DNA of 64,000 nucleotides from Octopus sinensis (Eukaryota): contig NC_043012.1 in the NCBI RefSeq assembly GCF_006345805.1, forward strand, positions 54,436,001 through 54,500,000, given 5' to 3'. This document shows positions 12,800 through 24,155 of the stretch, piece after piece (the first letter of the stretch is position 1; the number at the start of each line of letters is the position of its first letter). Both the position numbers and the translations under genes were made by a program. The notes beneath the pieces are model-generated. The model ran no database searches and was not told where the DNA came from. It was given only the letters and a program-made list of their open reading frames with translations.

Positions 12800-13075
12800 A
12801 AAACATGTGACATATTAATAAATATCTGTAAATATAAAACCATCCAGATTTCTGAGTACCTTATTTCTTCTAATATATAATACCTGTATATCATCTCCAA
12901 ACCTTCTAATATATCGAACCAGGGGCAGCTGATGAAGGGGAATATTCTTTGTATTGTTTGTCTTGTACTCTGTTTTTTCGTTGTTAAAAAAAAGTCCATT
13001 TCCTTGTTTGTTTTTATGTTTTCGTTTCTCGTGTTCTATGTTTATTTGTGGTGTCCTGTACTCATATATATATAT
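12800..13075 (+). mobile_element. (TA)n-terminated, Penelope-like tail fragment
   Basis: Shares about 90 bp (inverted) with 54035-54130, contains CTGATGAAGGGG, and ends in a (TA)n run. Confidence 0.4.
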
Positions 13076-14043
13076 GATGGCCATCCACTCGTGACCGAGG
13101 AAGACCATTGCCGACCTTCAGGAACATTGTGCGCTCTAGGACTAACTTATATTTTGCATTTGCAGCTCCGTTGGTGGCTAATGAGCCCTGCTCTTGACAA
13201 GCATACACGACTGCAAACATTGCAGACCAAGCTTTCCCCATTCACTATACAAGCCATGCGCTTTCGCGCAGCTCGCTTAAGTTCTTCATGCTGGATACGT
13301 GCTCTCTCAAAAGTGTCAATCCCCTCCTTAACCTGCTTCCTCCATCTGTGGCGATGACAGGCATTGTTCTCCCAGTCAGTGTCCTGCATATCAAAGTCCT
13401 TTAACGAGGACTTGACACAGTCCTTAAATTGCAGCCTTGGTTTCTGCCGGAGTCTCCTTCCATTCACAAGTTCTCCATAGAGCATCTGCTTAGGAATTCT
13501 TCTATCCTCCATTCTAATAAGGTGTCCAGTCCAACGCAACCGGTGCTTGTGTACCATCGCCTCAATACTCAAGATATCAGCTGTCCTCAGGATCTGTGTG
13601 TCTGGAATTTTTGAGGTCCAGCCAACATTGAGAATGTGTCTGAGACATCTCTGATGAAAACGTTCAAGGACCCTGACCTGACGCTTGTACAGAGTCCATG
13701 TCTCACATGAGTAGAGAAGCGACGTCAGTACACAAGCATGGTACACAGCAACTTTTGTTCTCCTTGCGATGCCATGTTGGGACCAGACACGAGACTGAAG
13801 AGACTGGAAGGAATTAGTTGCTCTCTGCAACCTGAAAGATATTTCCTCATCCAGGGAGCAAGAATGGCTGAGTGTGCTGCCCAGGTAGAAAAACTAGTCT
13901 ACTACCTTCAGAATCGTTCCTTCAACCAAGATAGCTGGTTCTATATATGGATTTCCTGGTGCTGGCTGGAACATTACAACAGTCTTGTCCAGGCTAATGC
14001 TGAGTCCAAATGCCCTGCAAGAAGCAGAAATGCAATTCATGCC
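13076..14043 (-). mobile_element. 5'-truncated RTE-clade LINE (end of RT, C-terminal domain, C2H2 zinc knuckle); disrupted
   Basis: YLGSTLS...SLLYSCETW...FHQRCLRHIL...RLRWTGHLIRM...CNVCSRVCLSRAGLISHQRSC. Stop and frameshift near 13894. Confidence 0.92.
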
Positions 14044-14771
14044 ATGCTGGCATTGGTTGGACAGTTTGACCAGAGCTGGCCGGCCAGAAAGCTGCATCAG
14101 GTTTGTCTTACTCAGCTTACTTTCTATGGCTTGATGCCCTTCCTAATGACACCCACTTTACTGTGTGTGCTGGGTACTTTTATATGGTGTCGGCATGAGT
14201 GCCTTTTACATGACTCTGGTATAGAACTTTTGCAGACCAATCCTCATCAGGGGAGCAGCCTTAATATTTCTACTGTGAAGGATGGGTTTTCTTGAGTAGA
14301 GTATGGAGCTAGATATGTGTGTATATGTCATTGTGTTTGTTCCTCACCACTGCTTGTCAACTGGTGTTGGTGTGTTTATGTCCACCATAACTTAGTGGTA
14401 TGGCAAAAGAGACTGATACAATAAGTACCAGGCTAAAAAAATAAGTACTGGGATTGATTCAATTGGCTAGAAATTCTTCAAGGTGATGCTCCAGCATGGC
14501 CACAGTCTAATGACTGAAGCAAACAAAAAATAAAAAGAGTGGGAGAAATGAAAAATACATCACGTTGCCTGGTCCAGGAATTGAAATCGTGATTCGTTAA
14601 TTATGAGTGTAATATATTAACCACTGGGCCATGTGCCTTCACCTGTAGTGTTGACATAAGGAGAAAAGAAACATGACAGACAACAGTTTAATACAAGGAA
14701 ATTGTTAGTTTATTTACATCTTCAAATTCTATAGACATCTGTGATATAAATAGCAAGTTATTGAAACTCAT

Positions 14772-14836
<65 letters not shown>

Positions 14837-15431
14837 TACATAGTTCCACATTCATACAATTTATAACATAACAGATCAATATATGATAATAAATAGTTAT
14901 TTACAACAAAGCAATTATAAATTATTAGTTATGTATATAAATTATTGGTTATATATAAAGTAATATTTTTTTATACATTTTGTCAGTTTTCATTATCTTT
15001 TTTCTTTTCAATTTTTTATTACAAACAAACAAGTTTGTAGAATTGTTCTGAGTTTTCGTAAAAGAATCTCAATACAGATTCTTCCTGAAAGTACCCTCAA
15101 ACTATTCTACAAGACACTTCTAACCGGTTTTCAAATCACCTCCAGCTATTCAGAGAGCCACTGCTAGTTTCCCTATGGAGCCTCTATGTAGTTGATTGGT
15201 CTGCTAAAAACAGCAGCTAAATATATTTCAAATTACATCTCTAATGTTTTAAAGGAATAAAAGAACACATTACATAATAGAGCTATCCCTATATACCCGT
15301 ATTAGATAATAGAGATATCTCTTAAAAGATAGGATGGTCAAAGCTGGATTACCTTTTATTGTAGGCCTAACTCAATCTAGACTGGCTTAGGGGCTAAACC
15401 AGTAGTAAAAAAGAGTTGCCCAAATAGTCTA

Positions 15432-15743
15432 AAGTCACCTCCAGCAACTCTGCAAGTCACCTCCAGCAACTCTGCAAGTCACCTCCAGCAACTCCGCAAG
15501 TCACCTCCAGCAACTCTGCAAGTCACCTCCAACAACTCTGCAAGTCACCTCCAGCAACTCTACAAGTCACCTCCAGCAACTCTGCAAGTCACCTCCAGCA
15601 ATTCTACAAGTCACCTCCAACAACTCTACAAGTCACCACTAGCAACTCTACAAGTCACCTCTAGCAACTCTGCAAGTCATCGCAAGCAACTCTGCAAGCC
15701 ACCTCTGGCTACTCCCCAAGTCATGTCCAGTAATTCTACAAGA
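15432..15743. repeat. 22-bp minisatellite, about 14 copies, in the probable STOML1 3' UTR
   Basis: Unit aagtcacctccagcaactctgc starting at 15432, 15454, 15476 and so on; no spacers; degenerates toward the right end. Confidence 0.92.
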
Positions 15744-15857
15744 CTCCTCAACATAACTTTCCTTCTTTCTCTCTTTCTGTGATTACAACAATACAAAAAA
15801 CACTAACTAAAACTACAACTGAAGCAACCACAGATGAATATGTTTTAAGTAGACATT

Positions 15858-16072
15858 CTACAAGAGAATAGACTGCAATCGGTCTAAAACTGGTTCAATT
15901 CTCAGGGCAGCTAACTTGTTGCCAGATACTTTCAGACAACCATTTTTGTATGCTTCCAAAGGTTTCAGGTGGCCATGTGCCAAAGATATAAAGTCCTTGT
16001 AATCAAGAGTCATAGTAACCTCAGCAGCATTATGGTTTTCTGTGTTTTCCATAAATGTCACAGAGCCAGCAC
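15858..16072 (-). CDS. STOML1: STOML1 exon 9 (C-terminal half of the SCP2 sterol-binding domain, TAG stop)
   Basis: atctttag acceptor; G+GT=Gly; encodes AGSVTFMEN...EVTMTLDYKDFISLAHGHLKPLEAYKNGCLKVSGNKLAALRIEPVL. SCP2 signature P..AY..G.LKV.G. Confidence 0.92.
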
Positions 16073-16409
16073 CTAAAGATAAAATTACAAAATAAGAGAC
16101 ATTAACAAACATGAAATTTATAATAGCAGGATTATGAAGTTTAACATTCCAATCAATCAATTATTATTATTATTGGTGACAGGCGGAATTATCTGCATGC
16201 TGGGCAAAATTTGTGGGGAGGGGGCTTATCAATTACATCGACCCCCCCCCCCCATCCCCACTCTGTGCTCAATTGGTACTTATTTTATTGACCCTGAAAA
16301 GATGAAAGGCAAAGTTAACCTCAGCTGAATTTGAACTCAGGACATTAAGCAGACTAAATGCTGCTAAGCATTTTGGCCAGTGCGCTAACAATTCTGCCAG
16401 CTTGCCACC

Positions 16410-16449
<40 letters not shown>

Positions 16450-16815
16450 GAGCAGTCAGAAAGTGCAAATCTCTGCCAAGGCAACACCAACATCCTCTCA
16501 ACGATTAGCCAGAGATGATTTTTAAAATGAGAATATCTGAAATAAACTCGACTGCTCTCACAAACGAGAATACTAAAATTGAACCTGACTGCTCTCAAAA
16601 ATTAAGTGAAAAAAAAAACAGGAAAAAATAATCCAGAATCCTTGTCCGGTACTGGATCGATCCCAAAATCTAATCAGTTTGTGTCAGTCACGTGGCCAAA
16701 CATCCCTCAAAGTTTCATCTGAATCCATCCAACTGTTCTTGGGATATCTTGTCCACAGACAAACAAACAAACACAACTGAAAACAATACCTCCGCCTTTG
16801 CTTATGCAGAGGCAA
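16450..16815 (+). mobile_element. Helentron/HINE-like non-autonomous element
   Basis: Follows an (AAT)n run; subterminal ctctgccaagg; 3' palindrome acctccgcctttgcttatgcagaggca. A second, truncated copy lies at about 25378-25635. Confidence 0.5.
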
Positions 16816-17339
16816 TAATAATGATGATGCTTTCATTTATTCGCCACAAGGGCAAAGGCTGAGGGAGACAATACAAAGACAGACATAAAGTGTAGGGGTT
16901 TACATATAATGAAATGATAGCAAAATAAAATAATGATGATGATGATGATTTCAAATTTTGGCACAAGGCCGGCAATTTTGGGGAGGAGGTAAGTCGATTA
17001 CATCAACCCTAGCATTCAACTGGTACATATTTTACTGGCCTCGGAAAGATGAAAGGCAAAGTTGACTGTGGCAGAATTTGAACTCAGAACATAGATGGAC
17101 GAAATACTGCTAAGCATTTTGGCCAGTGTGCTAATAATTCAGCCAGCTCGCTTCCTTAATGATTTCAACTTATGGCACAAGGTCAGCATGACTCCACTAC
17201 TCAACTGCTCCTTATTTTATCAACCCCAAAAGGATAAACGGCAAAGTCAGCCCCAGCAGAATTTGAACTCAGAATGTAAAGATGCCGCTGCACATTTTAC
17301 CCAATCTGCTAATGAGTCCTCCAGCTTGCTGCCCTAACA

Positions 17340-17620
17340 TAAGGAGGGACGAAATACTGCCAAGCATTTTGCCTGGCATACTAATGATTCTTATTTTTTT
17401 ATTGCCCAAAAGGGACTAAACATAGGGGGGACAAAAAAGGACAGACAAAGGGATTAAGTTGATTGCATCGATCCCAGTGCGTAACTGGTACTTAATTTAT
17501 CGACCCCTGAAAGGATGAAAGGTAAAGTTGACCTCGGTGGAATTTGAACTCAGAATGTAACGACAGACAAAATACCGCTAAGCATTTTGCCCAGTGTGCT
17601 AACGTTTCTGCCAGCTCGCC
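17340..17620 (-). mobile_element. family A SINE
   Basis: Reverse complement of the 10313/40237 family. Several degenerate copies also lie at 16190-16410 and 16930-17340. Confidence 0.75.
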
Positions 17621-17753
17621 ACATGCTAATGATTCTGCCAGCTCGTTACCTCAATAACAACAAGAATATTACATAGGTAAAATTATTTCCTGTTGGCACA
17701 AGGCTGCATTTTCAAAAAAGGGAAAATCTCAAAACTTAAATTGTAACACATAC

Positions 17754-17966
17754 CATTTTTGAGATCCAGTAAGAACTTCTTGTTAATATCCCCAACAATA
17801 TGGAATTGGAAAATAGTATTCACAGACTGCACCAAATCATTATCCAACACTGACTGTAATTTGAAGATGATTACATCAAAGGTATCTTTGGTTGTTTCCG
17901 AATATTTATTCTCCGTGTCTTTTGTAGGAAATGTCTCGGGCACTGGTGCTTGTTTTGGAGAATTCT
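17754..17966 (-). CDS. STOML1: STOML1 exon 8 (linker plus N-terminal half of SCP2)
   Basis: tttcatcag acceptor, gtatgt donor, 213 nt. Encodes ...KLQSVLDNDLVQSVNTIFQFHIVGDINKKFLLDLKN. Confidence 0.92.
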
Positions 17967-18263
17967 CTGATGAAACATAAAGCAAAATATCAAAGTCCAA
18001 CAACAATTACATATATAAAAAAAAAAAGAAACTGCTGATATAAGTAATTTCTTAAATAAATTCAGAAACTCAGATTTATAGAGTGGGGGAGGGAAACGAA
18101 ATGGGCTTTTGTTATAGTCATGTGTTCTACATGGGGACTGATCAACATAAATACAATGAAATGGCAACAACAAACCATTAAAACGTGATCCTGAACTTGG
18201 CTCACAGAAAGACTAATTTTAACTTTTTTGTTACAATGTTACTGATGAAAAACCACTGCTTTA

Positions 18264-18672
18264 ACTCTTTTAATTGTTTCAGTCATTTGACTGTGGCCAT
18301 GCTGGAGCACCACCTTTAGTCGAGCAACTCAACCCCAGGACTTATTCTTTGTAAGCCTAGTACTTATTCTATCGGTCTCTTTTGCCGAACCACTAAGTTA
18401 CGGGTATATAAACACACCAGCATCAGTTCAAGCGATGTTGGGGGGACAAACACAGACACACAAACATATACACACACATACATATATATATATACACACA
18501 CGTATATGCGATGGACTTCTTTCACTTTCCGTCTACCAAATCCATTCACAAGGCTTTGGTCGGTCCAAGGCTATAGTAGAAGACACTTGCCCAAGGTGCC
18601 ACACAGTGGGACTGAACCCGGAACCATGTGGTTCGTAAGCAAGCTACTTACCATACAGCCACTCCTACGCCT
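18264..18672 (-). mobile_element. family B (CORE-like) SINE, full length
   Basis: Head ggcgtaggagtggctgtatggtaagtagc...ggcaccttgggcaagtgtcttctactatagcc. Confidence 0.85.
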
Positions 18673-18852
18673 ATTGTTTCAATTAATTTTGAAAATAATG
18701 AAGAATTTAGTAAAATAACTTTGGTATTTGGAACTTAAATCACCATGGAATTTTGAAGGTAAGTTTTAACAGATTTTCTTGAAATAGGAAGACTGCCAAG
18801 GGCAGTTTTGGAACTAAAGGATTAAAGGCCTGACAAATAATTCTAAATATAA

Positions 18853-19547
18853 CTAGCACTATGACCCGGTGTTGCCGGGTCATAGTGCTAGTGCATGCAT
18901 ATATAGCTGCATGCGTGCGCACATACATGCAAGTACTGTCCAAATCTCCGACCAATCACATACAGCTAGCTGGCATTCAATTAGCGTATCAAGTTTCGGG
19001 CATTTTGATTGGAAAATTTTGATAGAAAATTCACGAAAAAGTCACTTCTATTGATTTTTTAATGGCTTTGAGGGGTTACTGGGGAAATGTAAAGATGTGC
19101 ACGACTGCCCTTGGACGGTTTTGAATGACCATAGAAAGTGTGAGCCTCCAGTTTGATTTGGCATGGTTTCTATAGCTGGACTAGCACTATGACCTGGCAA
19201 CGCCGGGTCATAGTGCTATTGCATGCATATACAGCTGCGTGCGTGTGCACATACACGTGAGTACTGTCCAAATCTCTGACCAATCACATACAGCTAGCTG
19301 GCATGCAATTAGCGTATCAAGTTTTGGGCATTTTGATTGGGTTTTCAATAGAAAATTCACGAAAAAGTCACTTCTATTGATTTTTAATGGCTTTGAGGGG
19401 TTACTGGGGAAATCTAAAGATGTGCACGACCACCCTTGGATGGTTTTCAATGACCATAGAAAGTGCGAGCCCTCTAACTGAAAAATTGTGGATTTGTATA
19501 AAGGACACACACACAGACAGACATTTTGCCGTTTATATACAGAGAGA
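18853..19547 (-). mobile_element. Helitron H1 head-to-tail dimer: full copy (19181-19547), 35 bp of captured flank (19146-19180), and a 5'-truncated copy (18853-19145)
   Basis: TC start at 19547, two CTAG-terminated palindromes, intervening sequence matches 1530-1564. Confidence 0.85.
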
Positions 19548-20049
19548 TAACATATTTCACAGGATTCTAGCAAACTTTATCATGATATAATTCATTGTAA
19601 CACAAATGGCTCTCATACAAGTCATAGTGACACACTACACTAACACCTCCACTATGACACAATACATTGAGTCACAATTCAATGTTACATCTTGTAACAC
19701 AAATGAGTGTTACATAACTCACTGAAAAGTAAGTATCACAAAACAACACAACGTAGTATATTAGGATACAGTACACTGTGATACACAAGTCCAAAAAACA
19801 GAGCCTCTATATAGTTGATTAAATGGCTAGAAATAGCAGCCAAATCTCGCTCAAATCATATTCTATCTTAAGAAAGAAATATAAAGCAACCCTAGATAGC
19901 CCTAAAAAACAGGATGGTTGCAAAACATAGTTCTGCTCAATCTATGTTTTCCCTAGGGTTGTCCAACTTGATCAGTATTGTCCTGTTTTGTCTCTAACAT
20001 TGTGACCCAATACACTGTGATATCAATCACTTTGGCACATTTCTATGGT

Positions 20050-20350
20050 GGAGGCACATGGCCTAGTGGTTAGAGCAGCGGACTCGCAGTCGAGGGATCG
20101 CCGGTTCAAATCTCAGACCGGACGATGTGTGTTTATGAGCGAAACACCTAAGCTCCACGCAGCTCTGGAAGAAGGTAATAGTGAACTTCTGCTGACTCTT
20201 TCACCACAACTTTCTCTCACTCTTTCCTCCTGCATCTTGCAGCTCACCTTCGACGGACCGGCGTCCCATCCAGGTGGGGAACCTATACGCCAAGAAACCG
20301 GGAAACTGGCCCTTATGAGCCAGGCATAGCTCGAGAAGGAACAAAACAAA
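20050..20350 (+). mobile_element. tRNA-derived SINE (family C)
   Basis: Head ggaggcacatggcctagtggttagagcagcggactcgc...ggttcaaatc. Related copies at 21108-21295 (+), 21822-22157 (-), 39700-39960 (+), 43748-44053 (-), 48019-48395 (+). Confidence 0.75.
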
Positions 20351-20489
20351 AAAACATTTCTATGCGACACAATTCACTATAACATCACCACTGTCCTTTT
20401 CAATTTGGGGTCATCATGTCTCAATACTTGACGACTACAATGAAATACAGAGAAAGGTAACTGGGACAAACTTGTACATAAAAGACACA

Positions 20490-20520
<31 letters not shown>

Positions 20521-20672
20521 AGAAAGAGAGAGAGCATGTATGTGTGTTTTGTGTGTGTATGTGAGAGAGAGAGAGAGAGTGTGTGTGTGTAACAGAGAGA
20601 TTGTATGTGTGTAACAGAGAGGGAGTGTGTTGTGTGTGTGTATGTACTGGTTAAGGAATAACGGGGTCTTAC

Positions 20673-20842
20673 CATTTGTTTTGTTTGTTTTATTGATAAC
20701 TACATTAGCCAGTTGCTGGAAAGCAAGAGGTAGACCATCAAAGGCACCTTGATGACCGGAAGGTGAATACCCTGGTGGCTGGATACACTTAGGTAAAGGA
20801 ACTTTACCTTCAGATGGTGCAACAAGGACTTTTATGTGGGAC
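20673..20842 (-). CDS. STOML1: STOML1 exon 7 (end of SPFH, Pro-rich linker)
   Basis: ctctaattcag acceptor, gtaaga donor, 170 nt, phases 2 then 1 match neighbours. Encodes SHIKVLVAPSEGKVPLPKCIQPPG...LPLAFQQLANVVINKTNKTN. Confidence 0.85.
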
Positions 20843-22157
20843 CTGAATTAGAGAAAAAATAAATACGTAAAAGAGATGCAGAAAAATAAATGTTTTTTTT
20901 TTATCATTTAGAACTGAAAGGGACCACCCATAGCCTTTCTATAGGGCTTTCATTACAACAAAGGTAAGACAGCAATGGGAGCAATACCAGTAATATCTGC
21001 AACAGCAAAATCTGTGCACAACGGCAATGGCAACAATAGAAGTTTCAGTAACAACAACAGCAACATCAATACCAGCAACAACATCAGTGATGACAGCAGC
21101 AGCCAGTGGAGGCGCAATGGCCCAGTGGTTAGGGCAGCGGACTTGCAGTCGGGGGATCGCAGTTTCGATTCCCAGACCAGGCATTGTGTGTGTTTATTGA
21201 GCGAAAACACCTAAAGCTCCATGAAGCTCCAGCAGTGGGTGGTGGCGACCCCTGTTGTACTCTTTCACCCCAACTTTCTCTCACTCTTTCTTCCTGTTTC
21301 TTGTCCCCGACTTCCTATGCAACTGCTGAGCCTGGATGCGCATTCATCTATCCATTGATGCTCCCAGTGTCGGGGGTTGACCTCCACGTTTCGGACTTCT
21401 CCCATCTTGCGAGCTCTGGGATGAAGACCATTCACTCAACAGCAACAACAGCAGCAGCCATAATCTAAAGTGAGATTCTGCAAAATACAATGGGAAAGAC
21501 TGGTGGTCTCTTTAATAAAACGCTTCTGTGTAAAGCCCACTATATATTGGCTTCAAGTTTTGTCATAGAGCCAACAAGTTGGTGGGAGTAGGGTAGGTCA
21601 ATTAGACCACCCCCATAGTTCAACAAGTACTTGTTTTATCAACCCTGAAAGGATGAAAAGCAGAGTCGACCTTGGCGGAATTTGAACTCAGAATGTGAAG
21701 ACAGATGAAATGCCACTAAGCATTTTGCCTGGTGTGCTAACGATTCTGTCAGCTCAATGCCTAAACACACACATACACACACACACAGCTGCCGCCACCA
21801 CCACCACCACCAACATTGATCTGATCAATGGAACAGCCTGCTTGTGAAATTAACGTGCAAGTGGCTGAGCACTCCACGAACAAATATACCCCTGACATAG
21901 TTCTCAGGGAGATTCAGCATGACACAGAGTGTGACAAGGCTGACCCTTTGAAATATAGGTACAATAGAAACAGGAAGAAAGAGTGAGAGAAAGTTGTGGT
22001 GAAAGAGTACAGCAGGGTTTGTCACCACCCTGTGCCGGAGCCTCATGGAGCTTAGGTGTTTTCACTCAATAAACACTCACAACGCCCGGTCTGGGAATCA
22101 AAACCACAATCCTACAACTGTGAGTCTGATGCCCTAACCACTGGACCATTACGGCTC

Positions 22158-22341
22158 CACACACACAAACACACATATACATATATATATACATACATAT
22201 ATATATATGTGTATATATATGTATGTATATGTATGTATATGCATGTATATATATATATGTATGTATATGTATGTATATGTATATGTATGTATATATATAT
22301 GTATGTGTATATGTATGTATATATGTATATGTATATGTATG

Positions 22342-22372
<31 letters not shown>

Positions 22373-22470
22373 GTAAATGTATATATGTGTATATATATAT
22401 ATATACACATATACATACATATACATACATATTCATGCATATACATACATATATATATATATATATATAT
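22158..22470. repeat. compound (TA)/(CA)/(GTATAT) microsatellite
   Basis: Low-complexity tract; source of the spurious ORFs at 22056-22548. Confidence 0.95.
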
Positions 22471-23270
22471 TGGTGATAACAAAAGAAAGAAAGAGACCTC
22501 AATATTATGTAAATAGAGGAAATTTATCTGTAAAATAATATGTGACAATTATTCGGTAGCCAAGATAAAACTGAGTTTCAGATGAATTAGGTACTTAAGA
22601 TATATATATACTTACATATAAGAGACCAAAGTCTAAATTTTTGTACGACTCTATTATTCTTTCCTTCTTTCTATCAGCCCTTTCACACTTACTTTGTTCA
22701 TTCCACTCTTAGTTCCCCCTTTCTCCCATTTCCTGGCTTTCTCTTCATGCTCACTTTCCCTCCTCTTTCACATCACTGTGTCCCTTTCATTTTTTTTCTC
22801 ACCCCTCCTTAATTCTTCTATCCCTCTGCCTCTACTTCTCTCTCTTCTCTCCACACGTGACCAGTGTTCAGCCAAACCTGACCTTTCTTTCTTGGTTTGA
22901 CTACCATCCGTGCAACATCTATATTCCTCCCTGTGCCTGTCTAATCTTTACTTCCACACACACCAGCTTAATTTAATTCGTCCTTAGTCGAAAGACACCG
23001 GTTGTTATGTCCTGTTATTTGCGGAACATTTCTCTGTTTTTTTCCGTCCTTGTTTCCATATACATTCGCTGCTTTCTTCCAAGGGATCTAATGCTCTTAG
23101 CTTAGTTTTTCCTTGGGGCTGGCCAGATTGGAACAATCTCAAGTATAACCAACTGAAATTGCAAAGATAATCTGGTACTTGACTGAGGAAAGAAAACTCC
23201 GAATGACCCATCCTTGTTTTCTTTGTATCGTCTGTCTGGATGTTTTGCACTCTTGTCCAAATTTTATATT

Positions 23271-23318
<48 letters not shown>

Positions 23319-23352
23319 ATTGCAGCATAGTAATTTTTCTTTTCTTGCCAAG

Positions 23353-23735
23353 GAGTGGCTGTGTGGTAAGTAGCTTGCTTACCAACCACATGGTTCCAGG
23401 TTCAGTCCTACTGTGTGGCACCTTGGGCAAGTGTCTTCTACTATAGCCTCGAGCCAACCAAAGCCTTGTGTGGATTAGGTAGACAGAAACTGAAAGCAGC
23501 CTGTCTTGTATATGTCTGTGTGTGTGTGTGTGTGTCTGTCTGTCTGTCCAACCACCATCGCTTGACAACTGATGTTGGTGAGGTTATGTCCCCCGTAATT
23601 TAGCAGCTCAGTAAAAGAGATCGATAGAATAAGTACTAGGCTTACAAAAAATAAGTCATGGGGTCGATTTGTTTGACTAAAGGCAGTGCTTCAGCATGGC
23701 CTCAGTCAAATGACTGAAACAAATAAAAGAATAAA
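23353..23735 (+). mobile_element. family B SINE
   Basis: Head ggagtggctgtgtggtaagtagcttgc; tail cagcatggcc...gactgaaac. Confidence 0.85.
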
Positions 23736-23744
23736 ATAAACACA

Positions 23745-24015
23745 CACACTACATATTTTTTTCCTTCACTTATTTATTAGTGTTCTTATTTGATTATTTA
23801 AACTCATGTCCGGAAATTTTTTATCACATATCTGTGACCTCTTCAGCGACTGTTTTCATTTTGATGGAGTTAGTGGAACAAGAACACACCCCAAAATGGA
23901 AAGTGTCGCTGAAGAGGTCACAGATGTGTGACAAAAGATTTCCGGATATAAGTTAAAATGATAAAGCAAAAACAGTAATAAACAAGTGAAGGAAAGAAAA
24001 TATATAATGCATGTG
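23745..24015. mobile_element. foldback element with imperfect inverted arms of about 120 bp
   Basis: tctgtgacctcttcagcgac...cattttg versus caaaatggaaagtgtcgctgaagaggtcacaga. One arm recurs at about 54200-54380. Confidence 0.65.
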
Positions 24016-24116
24016 TTTATTTGGCCAAAAAAAAAAAAAATTACCATCCCAAAGTACAATAATATCGGATTTAACACGAGGAATTTTGCAAAACGAACTG
24101 ATAAATGTGTACACAT

Positions 24117-24155
<39 letters not shown>

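Noticed and set aside
12929-12954. CTGATGA-A-GGGG-aatatt-CTTT possible hammerhead
   Set aside because: GAAA and the cleavage site are missing. Kept only as a remnant, not called as a ribozyme.
13147-13830. 227-aa ORF as a host gene or active retrotransposon
   Set aside because: It is the C-terminal part of a 5'-truncated RTE ORF with an upstream stop and frameshift.
15432-15743. CRISPR-like regular repeat
   Set aside because: Units are contiguous with no unique spacers, there are no cas genes, and the context is eukaryotic. It is a minisatellite.
15858-18006. Stand-alone SCP2 or HSDL2 gene
   Set aside because: These exons splice in phase to upstream SPFH exons. No SDR domain is seen, so STOML1 fits better.
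22056-22548. Stack of long ORFs (YIYI/CVCV-rich); also at 50367-50715, 54396-54701 and 38131-38782 outside exon 2
   Set aside because: Translations of microsatellite or polypurine tracts.
23182-23212. CTGAGGA...CTCCGAAT possible hammerhead
   Set aside because: Stem II is weak, GAAT replaces GAAA, and stems I and III are not evident.
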